Assembly (NCBI RefSeq): GCF_009914755.1
Contig: NC_060938.1
DNA from: the human T2T-CHM13v2.0 reference genome, Homo sapiens
Strand: one strand, 5' to 3'
Length of the DNA: 64,000 nt
Shown here in pieces: positions 1-14,809 of this stretch. How positions within the stretch are numbered: position 1 is the first letter of the stretch; every line of letters begins with the position of its first letter. The notes under the pieces were generated by a model, which saw only the letters and a program-made list of their open reading frames with translations, did no database searches and had not been told where the DNA came from. A program made the translations under genes and the position numbers.

Positions 1-59
1 ATTTAAGGTGATATGTGTTAAGAGCAAATCAACTGATAGAGATAGAAATGTGGATGAGG

Positions 60-980
60 AAGACCACCACTATTCCCTGGGGTAGTCAAAGGAAAGTTGG
101 CCTGGTACTGGATTTTGGATAACACTGAATAAGATTCAAACAGACAAACCATGGTTGGGGCCCAGCTTGAGCAAAGGATCAGAAGCAGCAGTATTCCAGA
201 CATGTGAGAATATAAATTTGGTTCAAGTAGAAAGGTTTCAAATGGCAGATGACTGTGGAAAAATAATTTGGTGAAAACTTATAAAAGGCCCGGAATGCTG
301 AGATAGAACCTTGGGTTCTATTCAGTATATATTTTGAGAAGCACTGATGGTCACTATGGAGAAGAAAGACGTGTGCTATATAATAGAACAAGAATTGAGA
401 GGTCATTGACTGGGGGAGTTTCCTAGACCCAGAGAAGGGTAAGAAGGGATACATTTTGAAGGCTGGTACATAAAGAGAATTAAGATATCAATGAGACATA
501 TTTTAAAAGCCAAGAGAAGGAGAGGAAAGTGGTCATTTTCAGTTCTGAAGGTGAGAGTTTTGAGGTTTGGATGACTATGAAATAACCCAGTGAGAATACC
601 CATTTATCAGTGGGAAATCCTGAACTAGAGTTTGAGAGAGTCTGCTAAGCTAAAGTTGTGGATTTGCACGTTAGCCTCCTGAAGAGGATGGTTGAATTCA
701 TAAATATGGATGATACTCTACAGAAAAGAAGTTTGCTTAGAGGATTTGGCATATCCATGATGAGAGTATACCGGGGAAGCAAGGAAACACTGAAGAGAGA
801 AGGGGTGGTCAGAAGAACTGTAGAAGTGGGGCAATATGTGGAATAGTGAGGGTCTCAGAACAGACAGAGGACCTGGGCCTTGAAGGCCAGCTGCGTCATC
901 TGGAGATGAAGATGGAAGGAAATGGGGATCACTGAGGATGAAGAAGAAAAGGAGCCCTAAAGGTCTCTTATAGTCGTCAT
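60..980 (-). mobile_element. L2 LINE fragment (old, degenerate)
   Basis: Purine-rich degenerate sequence resembling antisense L2 body; boundaries approximate. Confidence 0.55.
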
Positions 981-2179
981 TTTGTCCATAGAAACACATC
1001 TCTGGGAAGGAATGAGTTAGGTTTTTCTTATTCTTTCTTCATTAATAAAAATAGAAAAACAGGTGGTGAAACAAATTGGAAAACAATGTACACACAACTA
1101 ATACTCTTGAAGAAAGAGATTTCACACTGTGTCCTGCTAACCTGTTCTGATATTCAATGGCACTTGTTACCCAGGAGTTCTTTTTTAAATCACTATCTGA
1201 AATCCCTATTGCTCTCCTGTGAGCTGTATTTTTTTTTTTTTTTTTTTTTTTTTGGCTTTCCTCTGTTTATCCTCAGGGGACAGAAAGAACATATGGCAAC
1301 TATCTCTCAAGTAATAATCCTTCAATTTTGGAAATACGTATTATATAAGATTTTTCCTCTCTAGCCTTTTATTCTTTGAGCTAAATAATACTAAGAAATT
1401 TAGGCTTTCTTTATGGTCATTTCTTCCCAGGACAATGGCACAGACTGAGTCAAATTCAGTTCCTAGGACTTGGATAAAATTTATATTGAAGCCACTGCTT
1501 TGAATCAGCGAGCAGTACTGATGTCAAGTTTGCCTATTAGGTAGAAATTCAAGAATGAAATGATGATGACCCTTTTGGGAACAACTCTGTGCATCCTTTG
1601 TATCCTGAGAGCACTTATCAAAACTAATAGATGAGTAATAAATCTTTCAAAACAAAGAAAACCGATGGACAAAGTGGTGAAAATATAGCATTTGTCTCTT
1701 ATTGCCAATGCGTGGCACATACCAACTCAATTCATATTTGCATGAATTTATGAAAGCAAGGATGAAAAAATATGTACTAAGATATAAAATTAGCAATATT
1801 ATTTTTAAAAGGTTGTTAAAAGTCAAGGCCTTTTGGGCCAGGCTGTTGGGCTGTTTCTTAAGGATATGATATTTTATTTATTTTAACATATTCAGAAACA
1901 CCTAGTGGTATTAAAACCTCTGAGATTGGCAGCATTTGGCCTTTTAGAGAATGTTGACTCTACTTTCTTTCTCTAGAATTTATTCTATCATTTTTTATGA
2001 CAGTCTTAATAAAGATGATTGAAAGACTCTGGGTATTAATTCATCAACCAGTATTTGTTGCAGGCCAACTAAGAGTTTGGCACTGTGTTCCAAGGGGAAG
2101 TTAAGTAAGCACAAAAATCACAAACTATTAAAGTTGATAAAGCTGCTGATTTAAGCCAAAATAGTAATTCTCTTGACAA

Positions 2180-2410
2180 CATAAGAGTGAATGTTTACAT
2201 AGCATTGACCTTTTGCCAGGCACTGTTCAAGCACTTTCTACGTCACTACATATTTCTTTTAATTTTTACAACAACTCATTAAACAGGTACTATTACTATC
2301 CTTATTTTACAGGCGAGGAAGCACGTGAGAATTGGCTAAAGCCATATAGTTAGTAAGCCATAGAGTTAGGATTTAAACTTGGGTCCAAATCCTGTATGCT
2401 TAACCATTAC
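2180..2410 (-). mobile_element. MIR SINE
   Basis: 'tgccaggcactgttcaagcacttt...tatccttattttacaggcgaggaag' matches antisense MIR core. Confidence 0.8.
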
Positions 2411-2484
2411 TGCACCAGAGAGGTCCTCCAGGCTTCCCTTGAGTAATCTGAGGAATGAGGTGTGTGTTATCTTTTTTTTTTTTT

Positions 2485-2780
2485 TCCTCAATCAATTGAG
2501 GTTTTATTGAGCTAGAGCTTGAGGGTGTGCCCAAGATAAACAAGAGTCACAGAAATCCTCTGTGGCTTATGTTCTCCCTGAAGAGGTTTTCAGGAGGCTC
2601 AGTTTTATACATTTCCTTGGGGGAAAAATGTGTGTAGGAAGAGTTGGGGGGTAGGCAGAAGAATGATTGCTCTCATATTGTCTTTGTTCCATACCTGAGA
2701 AAATAAGGATTATTAGTGTGAAGTATAATAGGCATATCCTTGTTTTGTGGGAGAATATACACCTTTTTTAAGGTATTAAG
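2485..2780 (-). mobile_element. ERV1 (MER4-group-like) LTR fragment
   Basis: 'tttattgagctagagcttgagggtgtgcccaag...cagttttatacattt' resembles MER4-group LTRs; AATAAA on minus strand. Confidence 0.5.
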
Positions 2781-2784
2781 ATTA

Positions 2785-3452
2785 TTTTTTTCTGTAAGTT
2801 ATTGGGGGTACAGGTGGCATTCGGTTACATGAGTAAGTTCTTTAGTTGTGGTTTGTGAGATTTTGGTGCACCCATTCCCCAAGCAGTATACACTGTACCA
2901 TATTTGTAGTCTTTTATCCCTCACCCTCCTACGACTCTTCCCCCAAAGTCCCCAAAGCCCACTGTGTCACTGTAATACCTTTGCGTCCTCATAGCTTAGT
3001 TCCCACATATCAGTGAGAACATACGATGTTTGGTTTTCCAACCTGAGTTACGTCATTTAGAATAATAGTCTCCAAACTCATCCAGGTCACTTCAAATGCT
3101 GTGAATTCATTCCTTTTTATGGCTGAGTAGTATTCCATCATATATATATACCACAGTTTCTTTATCCACTCATTGATTAATGGGCATTTGGGTTGGTTCC
3201 ACAATTTTTGCAATTGTGAGTTGTACTGCTATAAACATGTGTGTGCAAGAATCTTTTTCATATAATGACTTCTTTTGCTCCGGGTAGATACCCAGTAGTG
3301 GCATTGCTGGGTCAAAATGTTGTTCTACTTTTAATTCTTTAAGGAATCTCCACACTAGTATACATTCCCTCCAGCAGTGTAGAACTTCCCCCTGTTCACC
3401 GCATCCATGCCAACATCTACTGTTTTTTGATTTTTTGATTATGGCCATTCTG
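2785..3452 (-). mobile_element. L1PB-type LINE-1 3' end (ORF2 C-terminus + 3'UTR), truncated
   Basis: Minus ORFs 3010-3213 and 3170-3460 translate as L1 ORF2 C-terminus (WNQPKCP..EWIKKLWYIY, CTHMFIA); L1PB-like 3'UTR 'ggttacatgagtaagttctttag'. Confidence 0.92.
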
Positions 3453-4024
3453 GTGTCCATTATCTTTTACCAGAAAACTCCTCCTGTTGAAATGGAATCT
3501 TTCTTCCCATACCTTTCCTTTATTGGTCTAATTTCACTGCCTGGAGGAAGATGGAGATTATTTTCTACAGAGCAGACTCTGGATCTGAAGACAGCCTTCA
3601 AACTCCTCCAGAAATTGTTTCTTCAGGATTAATATTCTCTCCTTAAATTGCTACATATGACATTTTTCATTTGTTTAGCTTTGCAAAACTTGCCTATTCA
3701 AAAAAGGATATTAGATAGTTCACAGAGATATACACAACAGACAAGCAAGATAATATATATACCTCCAGGTTTTGTGGCATCAATAGATTTGATAAACATA
3801 CTTTGTGTCTTCATTAGAGCAGTAGATAAATGAATTAGGGCTGTACAGAGTATAAATCCCTGCGGCACACCCCTACATATGCCCCATCTAGAATTTCTCA
3901 AATATCCAGGCCACATCTTTCTGTCCTAGTTACAATGTTAATTGCCAATTAGCATGTTTATGTCAAGATTTCCTGTGATAGCATTTTTCTCTGGGATCTA
4001 ATAACCCAGTAACCTTGGACACCA

Positions 4025-4230
4025 GCATTATATAGTGATATGGAGGTGGATTTTGGATTCAAAATGTGTGCTAAAGCTTTGCAATAATAGACAACTTAAT
4101 TTCTGAGCTTCAGTCTCCTTGTCTAGCAGAGATAACAACAGGTACCGTGCACCTTCTTAAGGCTAGTTGTATGGATTAAATACTATATACATGTAAAATT
4201 ATTAGCAGATAGTAGGTGCTTAATTATAAT
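4025..4230 (+). mobile_element. MIR SINE
   Basis: 'acttaatttctgagcttcagtctcc...ggattaaat...tagtaggtgcttaat' degenerate MIR. Confidence 0.6.
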
Positions 4231-4314
4231 TGTAGACATTTGTCAAGAATGACTCATTTGGCCAATGGAGTGTTGGCAAATGTTTACTTAATAATTAATT
4301 GGCTTTCTGAGAGA

Positions 4315-4475
4315 AAAAGCTCTGGTTTGGAGCATTTGATGATTTCCCTGGTATAAACACTCCCACCAAAGCTTTTGAGCTACCATCATGGCATCATGAA
4401 AGGCAGAGTTGGGTAGCGATATATGCAGTCAAATGGCTCTTGGGAGACAGTGCCAGCCAGTGCCAACATCCCCCT
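4315..4475. mobile_element. MER63-like hAT DNA transposon fragment
   Basis: 'aaacactcccacc...gagctacca...cagagttggg...gccagccagtgccaacatcccc' resembles recalled MER63 consensus. Confidence 0.55.
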
Positions 4476-6594
4476 GTGTGTGGCCCATGCTACACTCATA
4501 CTCCCACTCACAAGTAAGATTGCAGCATTAATATGTGAGTAAAAAGATACAAAGAAAAAAGATTTCCATTACAAAGAGCTCCCGTCAGGTGCTGATAGTG
4601 CTTGAAAAAGAGATGGTTATTTTAGTTACATTTATAATTGTGAAGCTTCTTCTGCTTGCTCTGGTATATGGAAGTGCCAGTTATTCTTTCCAAATGTGCT
4701 TGGTTTTGTCTTTCTTTACCTCTTTCTCCCTCACCCTCCCTCTTCCAACAAATGCCTCATATGGTAACAGTTACCAAGCAAAGTAAGGGATTTTATGAAA
4801 AATTCCAAGGTTTGAGTAAAAAAATGAACACCAAAATACCCATTTTATTAGTATAGGTAGCATCCAGTTAAGAGTTGGGTATAAAAAGAAACATTTGCCT
4901 ACCCAAAGAAAGCAGCATCAGAATCTTGGCATAAGAAAAATAGCATTGTTTAGTATTTGGGTGTTTACATATTCCTTGTGAGGGTGAATGTCTGAATATG
5001 CTCATTTTCATATTTTAAGTCATCATCAATTAAACATTTGTGGGTGTATTTCTTGTGGGCTGACTCCAGTGGCTGTCAGTGAAACCAAGCAGCTGTTGGG
5101 TAGATATGGAACAAAAACACCCTGAATGTTACACTCCTGATTGCTTCCCCTGGCACAGGTAGAGGTACTTATGCACAGGGAAGGAAATGAAGGGCATGCA
5201 TCCAGGTTCCTTTCTAGCTGTCTCCTTAGAAATCACTGCTTTTTGGACAGTACTGAAAGTATGACACAGCTGAGACTTGGTGTATGTACACACACAGTAT
5301 CATATTTGATTGTGTTGGTTGCTTCCTTCTGGCAATCCTTTGGCAGGTGGTATCACATTCTTCCCTCTAAAGAGCATTACCAACTGAGATTTCCCTTTGT
5401 GCTTAGTAAATATTTAGGCATTGTAGATTGTGTCAGCAATGATTCCTTTTATGTTTCAAAGGCTGGAAAATTTTTCTTCCTTGACACTTCACTGTTGTTG
5501 ATTTGGGGAAGAGGTATGAGCCAAATGGACATTGGACAAGGAATTAAAATTTATAATTGCCGCGAATAGTAACTTTTCCTTAGCTGCTGCTTCGTACTTG
5601 AAAATGGAATGCCCTGTAGCTTGGGAACCGAATTTTATGGTGGCTCTGCTTTTGTGATATTTCATTCAATCCATTTAACAGTTAGTTGTATTTTTCAATT
5701 CTAATTAACATTGGTGTTTTTAATATATATCTTAAAACTATAATTTTTGAGCTAAGAAGCCTTACAACAGATACACCAGCAAAGATGACTAGAGGTCTAC
5801 AAGAGTGCATCATAAGTAGAGCAATTTAGATGGACTTCCTTCTGAACTGCTGCCTAAAAAGTTTGTTACTCAATCTTATCACCATAGTTCAGCACAAAGT
5901 TAATGAAAATAGGGCTGTATAATTTTGTTGTAAAACATCAAGTACCTGATAATTATCATCACCATCCATCTTTATCCACCATCATCAATCACCATTATTG
6001 TATTTTTATTGCTTGGATTAATTCAGTCCTAATAGAGCATAATGGTATGGAAATTATTTAATTACATTATAAGTACACACTCTATCAAGTCAGAAATCAT
6101 TTAGTCCTATGACAGAAATCCAGCAACACCACCTCCTGGTAGGATTAGCTATATATGCCTTTAAGATATATAACTTAAGCATGCAGAGGGATATATAGAT
6201 TGACTGACAGCTGACTTTTCTTCTATTTCTCCATGTTGCTACACTTAATTTTGCCTCTATTTCAAGGAACTTCAAACACAGTGTTTAAAAGAATCATTTA
6301 GGCTCTCCCTGAATATACAAATTTTGGTACCTCATCATTGTAGTTCTCTGATAAGGCTCTTGGAATCCCTATTTTTGACAAGCATGCCAGATGCTTCTAA
6401 TAACTTGTCTGGAAGAACATGCATGGAGGAACACACCATTCTGCCCTCATAAAAGTCATTCATTTTTCTGTCTGTTTTTGTTATATCACTGCCCAAATGG
6501 AATGTGACTATCAATACATAATAATTTCAGTTACTAATATATAAATTATTAGCATTAATTTGCATCAAGTTATACTCATCATTGGTAATTAATA

Positions 6595-7000
6595 ATGATG
6601 ATGAATGATAGCAGATGTATATATGGTGCCTACTATGCCAGACATTCTTAAAGGATTTGCACGTATTAATCCTTACAAGGGCCTTCGGAGGCAGGTAATA
6701 TTATATCCCCATTCTCTAGAGGAGAAAACTCAGCTGAAGGAGGCTGGTCACTGAATCACAGAAGGAAGAGAGCAGGCTGTAGAATCAGATGGCATGGGCT
6801 CTATGTCTGCCTGTGCCACTTACTGGCTGTGTGTCAGTGACAAGGGTCCATCATCTCTTCTTGACTATAAAGAAAAACTGGGGATACAGCTGCTGTTAAC
6901 TCCAGAGACAGGTGGTGAGAATTCCATGAGCTGAAGTATACAAGTATTTAAAGGCTAGCCTGAAGAGTAGGCATGCTCTAGAAATGTTAACTGTTATCAC
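6595..7000. mobile_element. Two adjacent MIRs (minus ~6595-6745, plus ~6765-7000)
   Basis: 'cctactatgccagac...cccattctctagaggagaaaact' followed by 'gccacttactggctgtgtg'. Confidence 0.7.
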
Positions 7001-7585
7001 CTTTTCTTGTGACAACCCTGCCTTTCCAATACCTTTTCTAATGAGTTATTGTCAATAACATCCCAGTGCTGCTTTCTGAACTGTGACTATCTTTAGCTAG
7101 TAAGGAGTGTTTGGTGTCTCTTTTTTAGAATTTTTCTTTTCTTTTTGAACATTGAAGAGCGTTCAATTTTTAATTAATCTTAATAGGCACACATACCAAT
7201 ATTAGGCATAATTAATAACCTTATTATCTCATTAGAAAGGCAGAACACAATGCACATAACCAGGAAACTAACGTACAAGTCTTAGTGTTCATTACTGCTA
7301 TGATATTCATTCACATGTTTAGTAGAAAAGAAAAAAAACAAAAACATTGAGCCCCTTTTCCTACCGGATCAAGTTACAGATGTTAGCCTGTTCACAAACT
7401 TTCCCACATCCAGGGGCGATGTCCCCCAGCACACCATCCCTCCCCAGCTGCTTCCTGGCCCTCTTGCCTCTGAGGCATGCTCACAAAAACCTGTGAGTTT
7501 TGAAAGTATTTTCACCTGCCAGCATCAATGAGAAATCTTCTGCAAGTCCCCTCCCCATGTTCATTTCTGTCAGTTCCTTGGGTTA

Positions 7586-7700
7586 CGGTTCTCAGTACAT
7601 AAGTGTCATTAGCTTCACCTGGGATTTTTTAATAAACGCAAATTCCTGAATACTAAATTCGGATTCAGTAGGTCTGCAATGGATCTCAGGAATCTGAGAA
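7586..7700. mobile_element. MER5A hAT MITE fragment
   Basis: 'ggttctca...tcacctggga...gattcagtaggtctg...caggaatctg'. Confidence 0.6.
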
Positions 7701-8274
7701 CCCCCACCCCGCCCCAAGCGAACATGACACTTCTCTTCGAAAAACACTAGCTTCAATTGTAGAGAAAACCAAAAGTGCACATGAATGGAAATCTGGGACA
7801 TAGTAAGACAAAAGAGACTGAAGTAGGAATAGCAAGCATTTCAAAGGAAAATGAGGCTGTCCCTTCTGAGGATTTCATATTAACAACTGGTGCAAGGAAA
7901 GGGAATTTGCAGCAGAGTTCAGAATAGGGGCAGTGAGGAAGTGGAGTTGAATCTGAGAACATGAATAAGGAAACCACTCTGAAGATGAGCATGTGGCATA
8001 AGGGAAATTGCCACCGGAATGTACCCTCTCTACTTCCCTAACTCCTCTCTTTACTTCTTTGGCCCGTTCTTTCTGCCACAACCTACCACTAAAGATCCTG
8101 CTTAGAATGAACCAAGGTCCCAGGGGATTGTTGCATAGGCATAAGGGTTGTTCTTGGAAGCCTCTGGGTTTGTTGATACAGAGGATCCCTATGGCTCCTT
8201 GATGATAATTCAGTTGTGAAGGTATAGTATTGAGAAACTGGTCTAAAGTTTTTATGGTATATATATTTTAAATT

Positions 8275-8422
8275 TTATTTAATAAATATATAAAAAGCAC
8301 TGTTCTATGTGTTTTAAAAATACTAACACATTGAATCTTCTTAAGTACTTTGTGGAGTAGGTAACGTTATTATTCCAATATTACAGATGAGGAAACTAAG
8401 AAGTTAAGTAACTTGCCCAGAG
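8275..8422 (-). mobile_element. MIR SINE
   Basis: 'ttacagatgaggaaactaagaagttaagtaacttgccca' MIR core. Confidence 0.8.
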
Positions 8423-9079
8423 GGTATAAAGAGGAAGGGACAAGGTGATTGTTCCATACTTTAAAGGAACCAGATTATCATATTTGTAGAAAGAAAGACT
8501 ACATTTTGAGTCTATCCCAAAGAGTGTTATTTGAAGTAATTAGACTGTGTAGCTCTGAAAGAATTGGAACCCGCAATTCAAAACAATTTAAACTGTTCTG
8601 GAGACAAAGCTAACTCTCTGGTGGGGTTTCTTTCTTCTGATGATAAATTTGGGAGTCACTTAATCCAGGACAGTTCCTGCATTTATGGAAAATGAGCATA
8701 TCGAGGTAGGATTAAAGAAGTGAATTCATTCATTAGGCTCTATGCCATCATGGTTCATTTTTTTCTAAAGCTGAGCCAAGAACATCTGTACCCCAATTTT
8801 TTATTTTCTTGGCCAAAAGGGGACAAATAACATCTCACACTAAGAACATTAAAATATTTACCAAAGGTCTTCTTTTAGCAAAGAATATTTCTTCATTGCA
8901 ATGCCTCTGAACATCTTCCTGAATCAATTAATATTCATCTAAACTTTTATTTTCTATGACTAAGTAACAGTAATATTCATAATAGCAACTGACATTCAGT
9001 GAGCTCTTATTCTGTGGTCACTGTTTCAGGTGTTTTACCTATATTCTATTGTATGAAATAGCACAACTTACTCTGATTA

Positions 9080-9632
<553 letters not shown>

Positions 9633-9899
9633 TGTGAAAAGTTTTTAAAGTAATGAATTGCTAGTTAGCAACCTCTGAGTTTTTTAAGGTGTTGTCTAGC
9701 AGTCTTTATTAAAAAAAAAAAACAGAGGTCCAATCACCTATTTCCTTAGAAGAGGGAATCAAGGGTATATTTCAGTCTGTCTATAATGCACTGCTATGTA
9801 ATTACTAGGGAAACTTCTCCAAAAGTCACAATGGGTAAAGTGTTATAAATTCTGAGTCATAAGTAAAGTTTCTACTATGTGAGAGACTCTCATTCCCTG

Positions 9900-10200
9900 T
9901 TGTCACTGAGATCATTAAGGTCTCAGTTCACATGTTACCTTTGAGAGAAGTTTTTCCTATTATCTTATCTAAAATAGTCTTCCCAAGGTCTATTCCATTA
10001 CTCTGTCTTGTTTTCATAGCACTTACTAATTATCTTTGTTTATTACTTTATTGCTTGTCTCCCCATTATAACGTATGCTTCTGGGAGTCAGGAGCTCTTT
10101 CTTATACCAGCGATTTTATCACAAGACCTAAAAGAGTGCTTGGCACATGAAAGATGTCTATATATGATGAATCAGTGAATGAGTGATGAATGAATAAATA
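9900..10200 (+). mobile_element. L2 3' end
   Basis: Ends 'gtgcttggcacat...gaatgagtgatgaatgaataaat', the typical L2 tail. Confidence 0.75.
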
Positions 10201-11489
10201 TTGGTCCTCTTAAATCCCAAAGTCCTCTGTTTACTATTTATGCACAGCTATTAGTCTGTAGTACAACACTGTTAAGAGACAAAATATGCATATGGGGCAA
10301 AGCAATATTTGTAACTCTAAGGTACTCAACCTTGTAGATGAAGATAAGTGAGGAAGAACCAGTTATTAGAGTATCAATGGCATTGGTCATTTGGTTATAA
10401 GCGTAAGTGAATTTCCCCTTCAATTTACCCTGTGAGTTGCTATTTAATGGTGTTGGACAGTTACAGATAAGTTTGGTAGAACTTTTCTCTTTGTTTCCTT
10501 AAGGGTTTTGCCTTTGGGTAACCACCTTAATTTCTTCAGTACCTGTCTTCCATGGATAAAGTCTTAGCAGAGCTATTAAAGATCCTAATGTCAACTTCTC
10601 TTAAGATTATATTGTCCATTAATGGGTGTTCTGAGAGATGTTATTTTGAGATCAAGTGCTAAAGATTTACAATACACACTTTAACTGGGAGAATATGCTT
10701 GTTTCACTAGGACAGATATGTTTCTCTATGGTATCCCCAGCACTTACAGTAACTGGCACGTAGGAAGCATTAAGAAAATGTTGAATAAATGAACAAGATA
10801 ATCAAATTCTGTCTTGTGAAGAAACCCATTTGGGATCTATTATATGTTCTGGGTAATTCCTCTGAGCATCAGCGAGGATCTGTGCAACTAACACTCTGGT
10901 TTATATCTAATTTGAACTGCTGATTGTGGGCAGTAGAAATTATTTCAGTAGAAACTTAGCTGGCTTGAATTTATGAGATATTATTAGTCTCATTAAGAAA
11001 AATGTCTACCGACTTCTTTAGGAAGCTCATGTCTTCAGAAAGTTTCTTTGAGATTTCATATAGAATTCCTTGGTTTTAATAAACGTTCCTGACTTCTGCA
11101 TATTTGCTATTGATGCAACAATGATGCTTGGATCAAAGTTACTTTGTCACTTTCTAATTCATTTATTTTAGATTACTCAGCTAGTAGAAAACAATAGAGT
11201 CACTTTGTTGCTGTAAAGTCTCTTCGTAGTATTTGGTGGGATTGTGCTATTCTTCAGTGGGCTGGTAATCCCTATAAAGCTTAGAGAAACACAGGGCTCT
11301 TTAAACGATCCTTTTTCTCTTTTCTGTTTTAAATTTCATCACTTGGTTATTTTTGCCACCTGCTTGGATTGCCTCCTTACCCAAATCTAAAATTCCTACA
11401 GTAAAATAAATAGAAAATGTGGTCGCTACTCTCCTTCAAAATAATATTTTCATTTCTTTGGACAAGTATGTTAATTTCTTCATATGCAG

Positions 11490-11730
11490 TTGTCAATGGT
11501 CCAGGTTTCGGAACCAAATAGCCTAAATTTGTGTCTGGACCCCACTACCTGCTATTATTGACTTTGGGCAAACTAGTTAACCTTTCTGTGCCTCAGTTTT
11601 CTCATCTTTAAAATGGGGCTATTAAGAGTACTTCTCTGTATTGTCATTGTGAATTATGAATCAATACATAAAATGAGTTTAGAAGAATGACTGGCACTTC
11701 ACAAGTGCTCAATGTTAAATTGTTTTTATT
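11490..11730 (+). mobile_element. MIR SINE
   Basis: 'tgactttgggcaaactagttaacctttctgtgcctcagttttctcatctttaaaatgggg' MIR core. Confidence 0.88.
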
Positions 11731-11804
11731 GGGAAGAAATGAAAATACTTCCTTGCTTAATGTTGGAGAAAAGAATCACTAACCCATCGCATCTCTAAGA
11801 TGAT

Positions 11805-12060
11805 GATGATAATTGCAGTTGCCATTTATTACATCCCTACTGTGTACTAGGCACTGAATTCAATGCTTTGTCCACCTTATGTAAGTGAAATCTCACAGCA
11901 CAGTGAAGTATTATTATTATTCCATGTTACCAATGAGGAAACAGGAGACCCTAAAAACTGAGTTCTTTCTCTAAGGTTAAACAGCTCATAAGGGATGGAG
12001 TTCAGATGTGAATCCAGTTCTATCTGATTTTAAATCCTGTTCTCTTAATTGTTATGTCAT
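11805..12060 (-). mobile_element. MIR SINE
   Basis: 'ccatttatt...ctactgtgtactaggcactg...aatgaggaaacagg'. Confidence 0.8.
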
Positions 12061-13109
12061 GTCATCTCTACAGTCTTCAATAATTGAGACTTAATGTTCT
12101 TTGATTACTAACATCCAGTGGCTATTCCAAGGGAATTCAAAACCCTTGTCTTCATGACTTTCAAAAGCAACCCAAGTCCTGAAAACAACATTTTTGTGAA
12201 GTATATTAGTGTAATCCAAAACATGATAAACACTTTTTAAAGATATTTGCAGATAAGACTCCCCTACCCTCACTGTTACAGTAACAGTGTAATTTTCCCT
12301 GGTATTGCTCTGAACATTAAGGAATTAAAACACTTGAGGCTGGACTTGTCAAGAGACCTATTTTTGTTTTGTTATGTTGTAATAGCTGTTGTTTCTGATA
12401 TTTTTCTTTTTCCTTCATTCTGCTTTTTCTTTCTCCAATCTTGGCTTAAAGGGCAACTTCCTGTGCATGTTCAGGAATCTGTGGCAAAGGGAACAAGTAT
12501 GATAATTTGTCTGCTACCATTTGGATGTTACTATTGTCTCAGCAGCCAGGAAAACAGACAGAGCCCCTGTGAGCATCATTGTGTTTGGGCTGCGGCTTTA
12601 GTTGCCAAAGTGCAGTTTTTACTGTTGGCATTTCCACCACCTGCTATGGGCAATAACCATCGAAAGGACAAATCCCCTTGTCTGTGATTTTTCTTTCTAG
12701 GCTTCTTTGGAGAAAGACTGTGAAATGATTTATTCCTCTGTACATATGAAGCTATAGTGTATTCTCCACTGCATAGTTTTGGCCTCTGATACTCTCTGTT
12801 CTTAGGTTAATCCATTAACTTGCCTGGGGGAAAAGGGACAGGAAAGATGGATGAAGGTGTTATGAAAACAGAGATGAGAAGGATCTTAAAAAATCCCAAC
12901 CACTGCCTTTTCTTCCCTGTTCCCATCTGCTCCTGAGAAGTCCTTCAGAGGATGCCAGGCCTGTTAATACCTATACTTTATACCTGTTGTTTTAAATGAG
13001 GCAGTTCTTCCTCACTATATGGATATAATAAACAGTTAAGCTGTCTTCCTCTATGCCCCTCAAAAGGAGACAAACACACAAGCCCTACACAAATGGTATC
13101 GTGCCCAAA

Positions 13110-13330
13110 TGAGTGTTGGAAATGCTGGATAAAACAAAGGTAAGTAGGTCTTTTCATTGCAGGCCTTCTCAGAGCCTTAAAAAAAAATCCTCACTCATAT
13201 TTTGAATCTCTAGGAGAGACATATAGTATACAACATTCTCCAAATTTGTTTGACCTTGGAATGCTTTTTTTTTTTTAGAAGCAACTTGAGGGACAAAAGT
13301 TCTGTAGAACACGCTTTGGAGAGTATTGGG
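13110..13330. mobile_element. Charlie4-like hAT DNA transposon fragment
   Basis: 'ggaaatgctgg...ttgcaggccttctcagagcctt...tttgacc...gaacacgctttgga' resembles recalled Charlie4. Confidence 0.6.
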
Positions 13331-14013
13331 ATAGATTACTTTCATTGCATTTTTGCAATTTGGTTTATAAACTTACCTTGGAGATTGGGCAAATTGGCTG
13401 GTTAGTTTAGATACAATATATTTTTTTCGGGTTGCAATTGTATTTTTACAGTAGCTAGCAGAAGCTGTGGTTCTGAAAAGATACTATAAGAACATTATCT
13501 TGTGTTCTAGAAAATAGAAAATACTCTATTTTCTTCCCCACCTCCATTTTTCCCCTGTCTTTAGAAAAATTAAAGTATACTTAAGAAGAGGAAACAAAGT
13601 GAGTGGTAAAGGTGTATGCCTCTATAGATGGACAGGTGTGTTAGTTACATTATATCCAAGTAATGTGTAAGTGGGCCTTATTAATGAGATCCTAAGAAAC
13701 TATAAAAAATGAACATACCCCAGATTTCTCTTTGTGTACACTTTGAAAGTGTTTTTCCATTTCTATTAAAAAGTTTAATTTGTCATGCTCATGAAATCAA
13801 CATAAATTTATGGAGGCAGAACATAATACAGTAAAAAGACAATGTGATCCTTTTCATGTGGCATTTTTAATACATTGTATCACAAATTACTTCAAAGAAA
13901 CAATTAAAAGAACAAGGAAGAACTTAGGAGGTTCTTAAAATAGTATGTAGCACATTTTAGAACTCAAGTGACAGAGCTTTCCTGATGGGCCCAAGTCCTG
14001 TCTCCTCTCACCC

Positions 14014-14201
<188 letters not shown>

Positions 14202-14282
14202 TCAGCACCAGTTTCAGAAGGAGGGACTGGCCCTTGTGATGGCCATAATGTAAAGTGTTCACACGACCAGGTAGCATTTCCA

Positions 14283-14316
14283 TTCTTAGAAAGCTACGCT
14301 TCTTAGAAAGCTACGC
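14283..14316. repeat. 17-bp tandem duplication (ttcttagaaagctacgc)x2
   Basis: Two perfect adjacent copies. Confidence 0.95.
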
Positions 14317-14809
14317 TACTTGATTCTAAGAAATCAGTCATACAGACGTGTTTTTATTCCTTTCAGAGGCAATTCATTTCATGAAAAAATGCTGAAATGA
14401 AAACACTTTATAGTTAAGCTTGGTGTAGTCATAACCACACATAGCTGTGTTCTGTCATAATTTGTAAATTGAGCTCTGTCATAATATCTATTTTTCAGGA
14501 GGCTCTCAGTTAAATTTTCTTAAAAAGTCTTTCTGATTATGAAAGTAATGCATGCATTGCCCTGTGGCATATTACATATTACTCTCTCATAGAATATATA
14601 GAGAGAAGGTGGCAGTGAGGACAATTCTGTGGTCACCTGGAAGGTTTTCCTCTGGCACAGGAAAGACAGCTGTCCTATTTCTAGTTGATAAAGTGCCTAG
14701 ACTGTGCATTAGAGGCCAAACATTGAAGGAAGTCAAATTGCCTTTTTGTTGATTCTAAAGTGGTCTTTGTATCAGAAAGTAGAATCTGAAGAAATATGCT
14801 GCAAGCCAG

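Noticed and set aside
5141-5569. 142-aa ORF (likewise 12247-12687 and 43043-43366)
   Set aside because: No recognisable protein similarity or exon context; lengths are compatible with chance in 64 kb, and two begin at TTG.
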